Under the pieces are notes generated by a model. It did no database searches. It saw only the letters and a program-made list of their open reading frames with translations, and was not told the DNA's origin. Below are positions 43,591 to 61,667 of a stretch of 64,000 nt of DNA, piece by piece (within the stretch, counting starts at the first letter, position 1; each line of letters opens with the position of its first letter). A program made the translations under genes and the position numbers. The DNA is from the human T2T-CHM13v2.0 reference genome, Homo sapiens, in the NCBI RefSeq assembly GCF_009914755.1, contig NC_060939.1, one strand, 5' to 3'.

Positions 43591-45730
43591 TGCTGGTGAA
43601 GAGTGAGGCAGCAGCAAAATGCCCTTACTGTTTATGCTTGCGACCCGCCGGCAGGCACTCTCTCCCAGGACGAGTGCCCCCCTGACTCACTGGGGCCCGC
43701 CCTGGGTAAACGTCCCGTGCTGGGAGACCATGGCTGTCCTTTCGGAGGGTACATTTCCATGAGGCCCAGGTTTGATTCCCAGAACAGCAATAAAGGATGA
43801 AACCACACATTCCCCCAGCCCCCCTCACTCAGGCTAGTGTTGACAGAGGGCAGCATGGCAGAAGAGTGAGTGAGGCGGGGGCCTGGGAGTGGGACAGAGA
43901 GCAGGAGGGCAGAGTCCCTTAGCTGGTCTTCAACTGGGACAAAGCCTGGTGTTGTCCACATGCCCCCGCCCCAGCTGACTATGGTGGGCCCTTGGATTTC
44001 CAGCCAAGCTTCAGTTGTGTTATCTCCTCCTTGCGCCACCGCTCCCCCTCCCCCCACCTCAATCATGGCCTGTCCTCAGGAAAACGTCTCTTGCCCGGGC
44101 TCAGAAGGCAGCAGGTAAAGAGGCCCCTGCCCTGAGCACTTTCCCTCCCCCGTGTCGCCCTGCCCAGCCCCTTGATCAGACGATGGCAATGGAGGGAGGC
44201 CTCTGCATCTGGAATCTTCCAGCCCTCCTGCTCCCTTGGCTGGGTATATTTGTCTTGGCTGCCTTCACCTGGGCTTTTTTAAAACAGATTTTCTTTCCTT
44301 TGCTTTCTCCCAGCAGCTGGCCTCAGCAGCACAGCACACAGAGCAGGGCTTGTTTAGGACAAGTCACAGGACCCTACTCCGGCCAGCAGCCCACCCCTGC
44401 CTGCGCCCCGGACGCTGGTTCCCTCCTGGAGCCACAGAGAACAGCTGTGAACAGAGGGTTACAAACAGAGAGGGTTTGGGACAGAGGGCACAAGGGACAC
44501 AGGGTGACCAAAGCAAGCAGGAGCAGGAAGAGACGGATTGACTCAGAGCTGACATGTGGCCTCCTTACACTGGGACTTCCTGGAGGGAAACAGGGGCCGA
44601 AGGAGGGAAATTCAGGTCCAAAACCAGGTGGGAGAAGAAAAGAGAACCAGTGTAGGGGAAACCTTTATCAGGAGGAGAGACCTGTGTCCAAGCCCCCATC
44701 TTCCCCTTCTGCCGCGTCGGCTTGGGGGCCCTGGGCCCTGTTCCTCAACTGCAGCACGGGGATGATAATATTTTACTTGCTTCTAGCTAAGAAACTAGAC
44801 ATCTTTAGGTACTTTCCACTTTGAAAATCGATGACTTAATAGTTTTCTTAAACAACACCAATAAAAGGTTATTTGTGTGAAAACATAACATTGGCATAAC
44901 AAGGTGTGCCTGGGGTGGGATGGGGTGGGCAGCAGTTTCCTCCCTGGTGACTTTCAGGCTCGTGGCAAGGATTAACACAGTTCTAAATCAGCCAGTCTTA
45001 CTTGGGCAGGGGCAGGGAGGGGGTGCTTCCCTGGGGAGGGGTCTCTACGGTTCCACGTCCACTGCGCCTCTCAGGAACGTAAGGGATGGGGCAAATATCC
45101 CCAGTGAATGCCCTGGCCTTCTTCCCCTCTCCCTGCTCTATAAGGCACCCCCTGACCCTGACCTCACCCATGGCCAGCTGGCCTGAGAGCCAAGCCTGGT
45201 GCCCAGCACAGCGCTCCTCTGCTCTGGGGGCAATTCAGGGCACACTGATGGCTTGTGCCCTCACAAGCGCCCAAAACTGAGGCTCAGGAAGCCCAGTGCA
45301 GGCTGAGAGGTCGTGTCCACTCTGTCTCCCACACCATGGAGGAAAGAGACAGCCCCTATCCTCAAGGCTCAGTTGCCCACTGTACCCAGGAGTGCTCTTC
45401 TGGTCACAGAGCTTCCCTTCCAGGTGTGCTCAACCCTCCAACCTGCCCTGCATCCCAGCTGGGTCACCTTTTCTCACCTCCCCTTGGGTGCCCAGGGGGC
45501 TCAGGTCCTTAGCTGTGAGGTTCCCTGCTCTGTGCTGTGGCCTCTGCCTGAAAGCACTGACATCCCAGCTGTCCTACTCACAGCTGCTGGCCCTGACATG
45601 GCCCAAAGAAATCCCAGCGCCTGGCCACTTCCCACCCGCCCTCCAGCAGCCACATCATTTCATGCTGCCCCTCTCCTCTCTCAGTTAATTCTAACGGACC
45701 TGGTCTGTTCCACACCACTTACTTGATCTA

Positions 45731-46670
<940 letters not shown>

Positions 46671-47232
46671 AAGTCCCTCATCTTCTCCCTTCCTTCTTTT
46701 TTTCCTTCTGGCTCCTCTCCGCTATACCCCATCGTCAGTCCAGCTCATCCTCACATTTGCTCATACAGCAAACACTTACCAAGCAGCAAGTGCATGCCAG
46801 GCTCTGTGCTATGGACTTTGTGGGCTCCAAAAAATGCATTGGATGGGGATCCCGTCCTCAAGTAGTCTGTAGCCTAGATCAGGGTCTGCACACTTTAGGG
46901 CCAAATAGTAAATAGGTTAGGTTTTGCGGCTACACGGTGTCTGTCACAATTACTTAACTCTGCCTGTCTCCCTACCACGGCTCTTTCTCCCTGGGCTAAT
47001 CTCTCTCCTCTCCCTGAGTATCATCAGTTCTCATCTAGATCCACTGGAAACCTTCCCCCGCAAATGAAAGAGCAAAGAGCAGGAATCATGACTGTGTTCT
47101 CATCACTATATCAGACCTAGCACAGTAGGGACTCTGTAGATTTGTTGGCTGGAACAGTAAGTGCACAGACCAGTGTCCTATATTTATGATTGTACAGGAC
47201 CCAACTTTTGGCCCCAATATACTCTGAAAACA

Positions 47233-47539
<307 letters not shown>

Positions 47540-48947
47540 TGAAGCCAACTCTGTGATTATATTTAAAAACAGACACCTCTGGTGCCCTGCCTGGAAACAA
47601 CCCCTAAGTCACTTCTTTAGGGATGAACACCTGCTGGTCCCCCACCCTGACATTTTCCTCAGGGAAGGGATCCAAAAGGGCATGATGGGTGCACGGTTGA
47701 GAAAGTGAAAGGGGCTCCTCCTCCTTTTTTTCCTTCTTATTCCTCTCTTTTCTGTCCCTCACTTTCCCTTCCTCTCCCCAGGGAAAATGGGGTAGCCAGG
47801 AGGCTGCTGAGGGTTGTCTCTGGTTCCTGAGAGCAGAGGGGCAAAGGTCCCTGATCTCTGAGTTGTCCATCCCAGCTCTCTCATGCCCATGGCAGATGTC
47901 CCAGTGGACACAACATCCCACTGCAGTTGGCTGAGACCCCCCAGGGTTATTTCTCCTGGTCTCAGTGCAGCTGCAGGCAGCTGGATTTAGATCTAGTGGA
48001 CAGGGAATCCCAGCAGGGTCCCATCACCTACACAAAAGGAAGGGGACACTAGGTAGTGGTCAGATGAGTCAAGAAGAAAGTAAACGTCCAGCACCCACCC
48101 TTAAATCCTGCTGCACAGATCTGCCTCTCCAGTTAAAGACAGCCCCAATCTGGAAGCCCATGGCTCTGACCCCCGTGAAGGTGTGTGTGCGTGCATACAT
48201 GCACGTACGTACATGACCTTATGGTTTACAAGGTGGGAAAGAAATCTGAAGTTGGTTTAGGGTTTCTTCTCTGTGTGTCACTTCTATCTGTAAAGTCCCC
48301 ACCCAACAGGGAACGACTGAGAAAATCTGGGACTCCAGGGTTGAGGGGGAACTGTGGGTTTGTGTGAAGATTAATCATCCATCATTCACACTTGCTCATG
48401 AATCTTCTACAAGCCCATACAAAAAGGCGCCTCACACTACCCCTCAAGGCTGGGTTCATAAGGGAAGCCCAAATGGGATTGGCCCAACACCATGCTGACA
48501 AAGCCAAGAAGAGAGAGAAGATGCAAGCTGCCTCAATGGAACCAGCTCTGAGTGAGGCCCACCACACCTGCACTTGCAGAGGAAACTCCTCTATGAATGC
48601 AGCCTCAGGGCTAGAGCAGACAGGGGAGGACCCATGAGGGTGCCATGAGTGGCTCCAGACCATCCCAGAACAGAGGGCCAGGACCACTCAAAACCATGTA
48701 ATCATTGGGTCTACAGAAACCACGTGCTTGAGAAATGGAAGCCCTGGAGGGGCCCAGAGAGGCAGGTGACATAGACTCAACGCAGCCTGAGGCTAGCAGG
48801 CATGGCCATGGGAGCTAGGAAGTGGGCCTCTTCAAGCTCCAAACTTCTCCTCTATACTGAGAGCTAACACTGACACTCCTCACAGGCTTGTTGGGAGAAT
48901 TAATCAGAAGCCTTAGCACAGTGCTTGGCATGTCGTAAGTCATTGTA

Positions 48948-49125
48948 AGTCTTCAAAATCTTAGTAGCCATGAGGACAAAGATCATGATGATGATGGAAT
49001 TCTTTTAGCTCCTAGAAATGTTCCCTTTCTTGCCAGAGTCTTCAAAATCTTAGTAGCCATGAGGACAAAGATCGTGATGATGATGGAATTCTTTTAGCTC
49101 CTAGAAATGTTCCCTTTCTTGTCAG
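48948..49125. repeat. 89-bp tandem duplication (2 copies, 2 mismatches)
   Basis: agtcttcaaaatcttagtagcc... starts at 48948 and 49037. Confidence 0.97.
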
Positions 49126-49451
49126 CTCCAGGTGTCTTATCTACAAAAATGAGAAGGCTCAGCCCAATAAGTCTTAAAATGGCTTTTAGACCTAATGATT
49201 AGGACTCTAGGAGTTTGCACATTCTGGCATTCTACAGAAAGGAACTAATGCCCTGACACAGTCCTGGAAAGGTCCAATTGCCCGCAAGGCTGCTCAGAGC
49301 AGAACTGGTAATAACCCAGCAGAGATGTAAACAGGCAGCATTACTCTGCATTCTTAACAGCCTCCAAACGGATGCCGCCTTCTCTCTTGACCTTCACAGC
49401 CAGGTGATAGGGCCTGGCACAGGAACAGTGCCTTGAAAATGCCCTACCTAG

Positions 49452-49792
<341 letters not shown>

Positions 49793-50588
49793 TGTTCTGA
49801 CTTTTATCAACACACATTAGTTTTTCCTCATATAAATGGACCAACGAGTATGCATTCTTTTATCTCTGTCAACCTTTCTTCAACATAATGTTTTTGAGAT
49901 TCTTTCGTATTGTTGTGCATCAATAATCTATTCATTCTTCATTCAAGAATAATTCGTTCTTCTGATTGCTGAGAAGTATTCCATTATGCGGATGTGCCAC
50001 AATTTGTTTATCCATTCAGGGACATTGGGTTGTTTTCAGTTTGGGGCTATTATGAATAAAGCTGCTATGTTTTTCAACAAACGTTCCATTGCTATTCATG
50101 AGGGAAAATTGTCTTGCAATAAATGATACTAGAGCAATTGGATATCTATTTGGAAAAAATTAACTTTTACCCCTAACTTATACTTCATGCAAAAATTAAT
50201 TCAAAATGGATTATAGGCCTTAAGTTGGGAGGGTAAAACAGTCAGTCTTCCATAAGAAAACATAAAAAAAGTCTTCATGACCTTGGGGAGAGCAAGAATT
50301 TATAAACAGGGCATAAACGCATTAATCACTAAAGAAAAAAAAAGAACTTTATAAATGTCCTTTATCCAAAGACATCACTAAGAAAATGAATAGATAAGCC
50401 AAAGACTGGGAGATGTTTGTAATACATATATATAACTGACAAAGTAGTCCTGTTAAAAATATTTATTTTTGAAACTCCACAAGTCAATAAAAAGAAATAA
50501 CAAAAAAATAGGCAAAAGATTTGAATATTAACAAACGCTATCCAAATGTCTATTAAACTTGTAAAAAAAAAAAAAATACCCAGTATCG

Positions 50589-50875
50589 GGCCAGGTGCGG
50601 TGGCTCACGCCTGTAATCCCAGCAGTTTGGGAGGCTGAGGTGGGCGGATCATGAGGTCAGGAGATCGAGACCATCTTGGCTAACACGGTGAAACCCTGTC
50701 TCTACTAAAAGTACAAAAATTAGTCGGGCATGGTGGCAGGCGCCTGTAGTCCCAACTACTTGTAAGGCTGAGGCAGGAGAATGACATGAACCCAGGAGGC
50801 AGAGCTTGCAGTGAGCAGATTGCGCCACTGCACTCCAGCCTGGGGGACAGAGTGAGACTCCGTCTCAGAAAAAAA
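50589..50875 (+). mobile_element. AluY-like
   Basis: aggagatcgagaccatc..gctaacacggtgaaacc; gagcttgcagtgagc. Confidence 0.9.
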
Positions 50876-51219
50876 TATATATATATCATTCATCAGTGCA
50901 AACTGAAGCCATAATGAGACATTACTACAAACCCACCAGAAAAAGTGAAATCAAAGACTGACAAGGGCTCGGAGCAACTGGAACTCTCATCTATGGTTGG
51001 TGGGAGGGTAAATTGGTTCAAGCACTTTGGAAAAATGTTTGGTCGGGTCTACTAAAGGTAAACAGCACTGTATGACCCAGAAATTCCACCTCTGGGTACA
51101 GAGCCAACAGAAAGGAGTCCAAATATTCACCAAAGAGACATGCACAAATATGTCTATAGAAGCTTTATTCATAATACTCAGCATACTTTAGTCCAGATAA
51201 AATAATAACGTAATCTTCT

Positions 51220-51520
51220 TCTTTTTTCTTTTTTTTTTTGAGACAGAGTCTCACTCTGTCACCCAGGCTGGAGTCCAGTGGTGCAATCTTGGCTCACTGC
51301 AACCACCGCCTCCTGGGTTCAAGGACTCTCCTGCCTCAGCCTCCAAAGTAGCTGGGACCACAGGCACCCATCACCATGCCCAGCTAATTTTTGTATTTTT
51401 AGTAGAGACAGGGTTTCACCACGTTGGGCAGGCTGGTCTCGAACTCCTGACCTCAAGTGATCCACCCACCTTGGCCTCCCAAAGTGCTGTGATTGCAGAT
51501 GTGAGCCACTGCACCCAGCC
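51220..51520 (-). mobile_element. AluS
   Basis: TSD gtaatcttct. Confidence 0.95.
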
Positions 51521-53672
51521 TGTAATCTTCTAAGAAGAGTTCAGCCATAGATTTGAAAGGAGAAGGGCACCGAAAGGGCCACGCAGAGGGCTACCCGCCT
51601 CAGTTCAGGATGGAGACAGATAAAAGTGAAACAAAAGCAGGTGGTCCCTGGAAGGGCACTGCTTATCTGATTAACCTGGAGGTGAAGGTGGGAGGTCCTG
51701 GTCCAAGCTACCTAAGTAAGTCTTCTCAAGTTACATTTGAGTGTGAGAGCAATGGTCTACTAACGGTGCTCTGCAATTACCTCTTGCATGTGTAAACAGA
51801 GTGGATGTGCCCTGTTGGAAAGGACAAGGGATCTACCAGAGAAGCCAGGGAGAGCAAGGTCTCTGAGGGGAACATCTCCCTATTTAGGGTCCCAAGTGGG
51901 CACCTACTATTCAGTGAGACCCTTGCACACTGGCTGTAGCTCGCTGGTCCCAAACCACAGTGGAGCCAATTCTGCTTCCAGAGAACTGGATCTTTAGCTG
52001 CCCACTGCTCAACCATGCTGCAGCTCTTCTCCTCCCACAAATACTGCCAGGGAAGGACTGTGCTGATGGGGTTCTGGACAGGCAGCTCCATGTCTACCCA
52101 CATTGGTCGTGCATGACACTGCATGCCCAATATGAAAGCAGCAAGAACCACATTCAAACACAGAATGGAAGGGCTGTTTGACAAGAAGATAAACAAGCAA
52201 GGCCCAGTGCAGGCACTGTGGTTTAGAACCCACAGGGAAGGGACACACATGAAACTTGGTCCTGTGTAGTGACCTGGGTCTTCCACAGGAGATATTTGGA
52301 CAAACCTCCCACCTCAACACACCACAACTTCACTAAACTTTACCTCCTGGTGATAGGGGAAGAACCAAAAAAAAAAAAAAAAAAAAAAATCTGTCATTTT
52401 TAGTAAGAGGAACTATAGAAAAATACTGTTCGGAAAAAATAGAAATTAATATAATTTGTTCCTGTTTTACAAGTAAACAGTTCACAGGAAGCCACAAGAC
52501 TATTTTAAAATCCCATATTGAAAGTCCAGGAAAGATGTGAGCTATGGCTCCAAAGAAGTGGCTGCTAAAAAATGAACCTGTGTGGCTCAGCTGATGAAAC
52601 TACAAGTCATCGTAAAAGAAAAGGTATCTTTTCAAAATTGGGAAGTGGGTCCAAGCAAGCACAGGAACCAAGGGGCCCCAGCTGAGAGGTAGCTGGTAGC
52701 CTCCAGCTCAGCCAGGGAGTTAAGCCTGGCCCTGCTGTAAGCATTGCTGGGCAGGGCCACCCCAGTGTACCTCCACCACCACCTGGTCGTCCAAATTCCC
52801 AACATTTTTCTTCTGTGTGTATTCTGAAACAGAAGTTCCTCTCGTAGAAGCACTGAATTCTCCCACCCTTATGCCTTTTCTTTAATGGCCCTTCTTGACA
52901 TGGTTTATAGGTAAAAAACATGATTCCAGGAACTTTTTACACAAGACATCCCAAACCAATAATACAAGCTATTTCAAGTCAGCAATGATGCCACAGTCCC
53001 TCCACTGTGAAGATCACAGAGGAGGGTGAGGGCAGCGGGGAAATGATGTAGCCTGATGGGGAATCCTAAACGGACAGTGACAGGCAAGTGGGTGAAATGC
53101 TCTGAATGAGGGGATACGGGGGCATTGGGAGCATCAGGGAAGGTTTCTAGGGACCTCAGCTGGGTCTAGAACCAGATGAAAAGGAAGGACATTCCAGGTG
53201 GTGGAAGCCCCATGTCCAAAGGTACAGAGAACAGTGCCTTGAAAACTTAGTTGAGGGCTTAGCAGATGGCAGGGGGCATGGGGGAGGGAAGCAGGGTACC
53301 AAGAGAGAGGCCAGAGCAGAAGGCAGATGACAGATCTAAAGGAGACTTTCATGCCATACTCTTCTTTGAATCCTACTCTGAAGGCATAACTGATGGCATG
53401 GTTTTCATGTTGTCATGACTTATGTCCCATTCACCATGAGAAAGACATTGCTACACAAAGGGAGGTTTGGGAAAGAGCAATTACACCTAGCAAAGCATAG
53501 AGGGATTTACACTGACCATAGATTTAAATGTTTGTCTTATTCATTTTCTAGAGGGAAAGAAGAGAGAAGGTGCGCCAAGTGTGATGGCATGAAGAGTATG
53601 GAGAACGTTCAGCAGTTGAACCTTGTGGTGGAAACAAAGTACCCCCAAGAAGTTTAGAAAAGGATGCTTTGG

Positions 53673-53945
53673 GGCCAGGCATGGTGGCTCACGCCTGTAA
53701 TTCCAGCACTTTGGGAGGCCGAGGTGGGCGGATCACAAGGTCAGGAGATCGAGACCATCCTGGCTAACACGGTGAAACCCCATCTCTACTAAAAATACAA
53801 AAAATTAGCTGGGCATAGTGGTGGGCGTCTGTAGTCCCAGCTACTTAGAAGGCTGAGGCAGGAGAATGGCGTGAACCCAGGAGGCGGAGCTTGCAAGATC
53901 GCACCACTGTACTCCAGCCTGGGCGACAGAGCGAGACTCCGTCTC

Positions 53946-53974
<29 letters not shown>
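53673..53974 (+). mobile_element. AluY
   Basis: AluY diagnostics (gagatcgagaccatcctggctaacacgg; agaatggcgtgaacc); long pure A-tail; TSD aaaaggatgc. Confidence 0.93.
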
Positions 53975-53978
<4 letters not shown>

Positions 53979-54842
53979 GCCTTTGGAGAAATAATAGGAA
54001 GCAATGCTTTACTCAGGAAGCTGCAAACATCTGGAATTAATCCATCCTAGAGATGGTAGGGAGGCAAACAAAAATAGGCTCAAGGAGCGTTTTGATTATT
54101 TTGGGGGTGGGAGAGTCAGAGTGATGATTAAGGGAAGCTGGGGCTGTTTGGGACAGGTGCCCGACCATTTGAGGTTGGAGTCCTGTAGAGCAGCGTGCTT
54201 TCCCACCAAGGCTTGCAGACAGGGCAGACCAAGGGCTGGGCTGGAATGACTACTCGTCCAGCCCAGCTGGGCACCACTAGAGCTTCCTGTGGCGCTGGCC
54301 TCAAGCCCAGGTGAGCCCAGTTGTGATAAGGATGAGGAAGCAGGACTCAGAGCTGGGAGCTGTCCAGCCTGTAGAGCCACTCTATAGCCAGGCCCTATCT
54401 TCTCTTCACCCACCATGCTCAGGTGTACCAATCACTTTGGTGCCTGAGAAAGGTTGCAAATGCTCTCACCTATGGGCTCTGTGCAGTATCTGAGATTACT
54501 TTCTTCATTCAGGTGCCTTATCTCATTTTTACACGGATGTCACCTATAGGCAAGGACTAGACGTAAAGTTACTATGCTCAGTGTCAGGGACATGAAGACA
54601 GGAAAATCTGATAATAATGAGGGGAAAGAGGAGGATAAGGATAGAGGACAAATAAATAGCAATAGTGACAATGGCACAAGTCATGGTGGTAATGATGGTG
54701 GAGTTGATAGCTGAGATTAAGACAGGGAAATAAAGGTAGCAAAGATGGGGTAGGGTGATAAGGATGAAGGTGGTGATGGTGTATGTGGTAGGGAAGATCA
54801 TGGTGGAGTGGTGGAGGTGAGGAAGGAGACAGAGTGGGCTCA

Positions 54843-55761
<919 letters not shown>

Positions 55762-56441
55762 TTAGTAGTGGTGAAGGAGATGATAAAAGAGGCAGTGGTT
55801 GCAGTGGAGGCAGTGAGTAAAGAAAAAGAAGTCAGTTGTGAGCTAGAGCAGGCAGGGAGGGATTGCTGGAATGTTTGAGCTTTGAACCAGAATTGATAAA
55901 CTCAGAGTTTAGGTAAAGGGGATAAGAGCAGGTCATTGCAGCTACGGAAATGTTAGTGAGAATTTGGGGGGCAGAATAAGTTGGCTGTATTTGTGGGCAG
56001 CAAGGAGAGCAACCTGGCTGGAGGGGAGGATGAACATGGACTGGCGTGGGAAATGAGGAGGAAGAAGAAGAGTAAGTCCAAGCAGATAAGTTCAGATTCC
56101 GGGTACAATGGAGACACCCTTTGGAGTCTCAAGCCAGAATGGGCTTTTAGGAAAGTGGTATTGTGAGCAGTCTGGAAGTGGTGAGCAGCCTGCTGGGAGG
56201 TGGGGGGCATTCAGCTCAGAGACTGACTGTGGAGTCCCCTGGGAGTGCATTAATAAGAGCCAGGTTTCTGCAGTGAAGGTGGCTGGCTCACACTGAGAGG
56301 CTCCCTTAACCCTAAGTCTGAGCTTATTTGCCCCTCCTTTCCTGGGGTCCAGGTTCCAAACACCACCCTAACCCCAATTCAGTGGCTCCTGAGGAATCAG
56401 GATTCATTTGGTCTGATCTAACCCTTTGTCAGGCTGGATCA

Positions 56442-56644
56442 CAGTCATTTGCTGTGGCCAACTCTAGTGAGCCTGTGAGAGCCAATTGTGTAAATATCTG
56501 CTCAGCTTCGACTAGAGTGACATCACGGAGATAGTCTGAAATCAGCCATGATGGGAGTATTTACACCATGGAGACTGGCAAATGCTACACATTGGCTTTG
56601 CTATTTCTGGAGATCCAGCTGTTAAACATGTAGCAACACACTGG
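56442..56644. mobile_element. MER63A-like (hAT-Blackjack)
   Basis: tgaaatcagccatgatgggagtatttacaccatggagactggcaaatgctac. Confidence 0.8.
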
Positions 56645-56751
56645 GTACCCCGGGAGCCCCACCATGAGAAGTACGGACAGTCCTGATGCTGGGCTCAGGC
56701 ACAAAGCATCTCCTTGCATACTAACGTCATTTATGGCATAATTAAAATCTA

Positions 56752-57099
<348 letters not shown>

Positions 57100-57357
57100 T
57101 TATTTTCCCGACTTTTTTATTATGAAAAATTCATATGTGCAGAAAAGTTGAAAGAATAGTGCAATGAACATGTGTATCTTCACCAATTACATATTCATAT
57201 TTCCCCCAATTGCCCCAAGCATGGTTTTATAGTGGATTTCTCTCCCCAACAAAGATTCAAAGGATCCAATCAAAGTTCTCTCATTGCATTTCATTGTTTT
57301 GCTCTTTAGTCTCTCAATTTCTCTCTTTTTTCTTCTTTAGTCTCTTTTAATCTAGAA

Positions 57358-57566
57358 CAGGGATCAACAAACTTATTCCATAAAGCGTCAGATAGTACAC
57401 AGTAAATATTTTAGATTTTACAGGCCAACAAGCAAAATAAGTTAGGTACTTACATTAACAACCATTTAAAAACATAAAAACCATTCTTAGCTGGCAACTG
57501 TACAAAAAAGAAAAAAAGTGGCGGGTGAGCTGGATCCGTCCCATGGGTCATATTTGCCCACCTCTG
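57358..57566. mobile_element. MER58-like hAT-Charlie element
   Basis: cagggatcaacaaac..tttgcccacctctg termini; 8-bp TSD atctagaa / atctagca (Charlie-type NTCTAGAN target). Confidence 0.85.
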
Positions 57567-57898
57567 ATCTAGCACACTCTCTGCACATACCCCCTGCAAC
57601 AGGACCAGCGCTGCTTCATGGACATGTGACCTGTGCAAAGGCCCTGTGTGTTCTGAAGGACCCAGTGCTTGGTTTGATGTTCTGCCATCACTCTCCTGAA
57701 ATTCTTCATAATTTTATCTTTGAACTTGGGTTTTATAAATGAAGTCTGATGGGACAATGGATTGTGTGCCTGATCAGAGGGGATACACCCAATACCTGTG
57801 TCCACAGCCATTCCTTGCCACACCATCTGTGGATAGCGTTCCTGATATTCCATAAGCATGGAATTCTAGTGAACCCATAATGCGTGTTACATCTGTGA

Positions 57899-58318
<420 letters not shown>

Positions 58319-58524
58319 ATCATATCCTTCCTTACTCACCTCTTAATTCTCTGTAAAGTGAGTGATATGTTCTCTGTAACATGCTTCCCTGTTAACTTAC
58401 ACTGAAAATGATGACATATAAGGAAAGCAAATGATAGAACAATTTTTTTTTCTTTTCAGTACTTCTTTATTTATAAGTATGTGAAGGTAGAGAGCAGGTA
58501 GAATGTGTATCAAGTAGAGAAATA

Positions 58525-58809
58525 GGCCAGGCCCGGTGGCTTACATCTGTAATCCCAACACTTTGGGAGGTCAAGGCGGAAGAATTGCTTGAGCCCAGTT
58601 CATGATCAGCCTAGACAACATAGTGTGATCCTGTCTCTACAAAAAATAAAGAAATTATCTGGGCATGGTGGTGTGCATCTGTGATCCCAGCTACTCAGGA
58701 AGCTGAGGTTGGAAGATCACTTGAGCCTAGGAGCTCAAGGCTGCAGTAAGCCACATTTGTGCCACTGCATTCCAGCCTGGACTACATAGTGAGACCCTGT
58801 CTCAAAAAA
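58525..58809 (+). mobile_element. AluJ
   Basis: Diverged sense Alu (ggagctcaaggctgcagtaagc). Confidence 0.9.
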
Positions 58810-58894
58810 TATATATATAGTGAACCCATAATGCATGTTACGTCTCTTGTTTGTATATATATATACACACACATGTATTAATAGAAGTGAAATA

Positions 58895-59322
<428 letters not shown>

Positions 59323-59753
59323 TTAAATGCTCTTACATTTGCATTTAAAAGCGGTGTTGTATAATATAAAGATAACTGTAAATTTTATGCTAATAACTTA
59401 AAATTTTAATTTATTTTTATCTAAAATGACATCAAATAGCAAATAACATCAAATAGCAAATAGGAAACACCAGGATCAAACAAGAGAGAATAATCATGGA
59501 AGAAAGGTTTGTCTTTTAGTATCTTTAACAGCACTTTTTTCTTGCTTTTTGAACATGGGACCTCACTTTTTTCCTTTTCACTAGGCTGCAAAAAATCTGT
59601 AGCCAGCCCTGGCTGTGATATTGGCTCTTAGAAGAGTGTAGGCAGTGTGGAATGTCCTACATTCTGAATTTGTCTGATTGTTTCCACATTGTGTTTAGTC
59701 ACTTGTTCCTCAATCCCTATTTGTCTTATAAATGAGAAGTTAGGTTTAGATGC

Positions 59754-60115
59754 TGATATGTTTTGGCTGCGTCCCTACCCAAATCTCAACTTGAATTATA
59801 GTCCCCATAATCCCCATGTGTCATGGGAGGGACCCGGTGGGAGGTAATTGAATCATGGTGGTGGTTACCCCCATGCTGTTCTCATGTTAGTGAGTAAATC
59901 TCAGGAGATCTGATGGTTTTATAAAGGGCAGTTCCCTGGCACACACCCTCTTGCCTGCCACCACGTAAGACATACATTTGCTCTTCCTTCACCTTCCATC
60001 ATGATTGTGAAGTCTCCCCAGCCATGTGGAACTGTGATTCCATTAAACCTCTTTCCTTTATAAATTACCCAGTCTCAGGTATGTCCTTATAGCAGCCTGA
60101 GAACAGACTAGGAGA
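59754..60115 (+). mobile_element. THE1 solo LTR (THE1B-like, MaLR)
   Basis: tgatatgttttggctgcgtccctacccaaatctcaacttgaatt..ccattaaacctctttcctttataaattacccagtctc; 5-bp TSD gatgc. Confidence 0.93.
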
Positions 60116-61180
60116 GATGCTTGAGTAGATTCAGGGTAAACCAATTTTGGTAACAGTATTTCATACATGAGTTTGCATCTTTCACATTGCATCACACCAG
60201 GAGGTGTCTGCTATTAGGTTGCCTCACTCTGAGTGATGCTATTTGATCTTCTGGTTAAGGTGACGACCTGCAAGCTTCTCTATGGCAAAGGTATAATTAG
60301 TAAGTAATTTTGTGGAGTGTTACTTGGTGCAGTTCCCCAGGAATCTTTCACCTAATGATTTTAGCATCTGTTGATGATCTTTTCCTAAATTAATTATTAC
60401 ACTGGAGGTTGTGAAATATTTTTCTCATGCTATTATTCCCTTTACGTGTATAAGCTGACCTTTTTCAATGAAAAAAACTTTCCTTTACCCCCTTCTTTCT
60501 CTGTCTCACTCTGTCTTTTTCTCTCTCTCCATCACTTTGTTTATTTTGGGGGACATGTCTAGGGACTCTTATTAATCACATTACAATTAAATATCATCAT
60601 TGTTCTTTGTGATTTGTCTCCAGTTAGACCACGTTTGTTTACACGAAGCCCCTTCAAGCTGGCTCCTGTCTTCTTTTGACATGGCTTCCATTCATCTTTG
60701 AGCACCTCCGTGTTTCTTGACACAAAAGGTGTTTAGGCTCATCTTGTGCTTTTCCTGCTCCAGATCTGGCATCAGCCATTGCTCCAAAGACCATAGTGTT
60801 TAGAAACCACCATTTGGGCTCTAGGTGTGCTAATTGCTGCTGAGGTGTCACTGCCTCTAATGCTTTTCAGAGGACATGGATGGGAAATAAACTTTTAAAA
60901 AATATGTGTTTACATTAAATTTTAAGTTCAAATTTAGTATCATGTTTTGTTTTCAAGTTTTATATCTCTTTTCTTTTATACTGAAAATCTTAGTTCCTAA
61001 TATAATTAATACATTTACTTATTTGCTTTATTCTACAAAAATAAAGTAGTTTCAAAATTACATTACTAAGACTACTTCTAACAATAAACCTACTAAATGA
61101 ATTTAAAATTTCTTTGCAGTTGTTTCTCTCCTTAGAACACATTCCTCTTTAGTCAGAATACTATGTTAAAAATTGTTTGG

Positions 61181-61499
<319 letters not shown>

Positions 61500-61667
61500 G
61501 TTGTTTAAAATAATTATTTCCTTCATGAGGTAATATTTTTGGTTTAACATAGAGTTAGGTTCATTTATTTCTGTTTGTATTCAATTTAAGGGTTTGCTTT
61601 TTTACCTCTTATATTAATTTTATTTTCAAATATTTAAAACATCTACATAGCTCAAAAGTTAGAATTA

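Noticed and set aside
44015-44824. 269-aa ORF, the longest in the window
   Set aside because: Non-ATG start, no recognisable domain, and composition typical of GC-rich non-coding DNA; cannot be supported as a CDS without homology or Ribo-seq data.
52367-52389. Isolated poly(A) run as a processed-pseudogene tail
   Set aside because: No TSD or recognisable upstream cDNA or retroelement body found.
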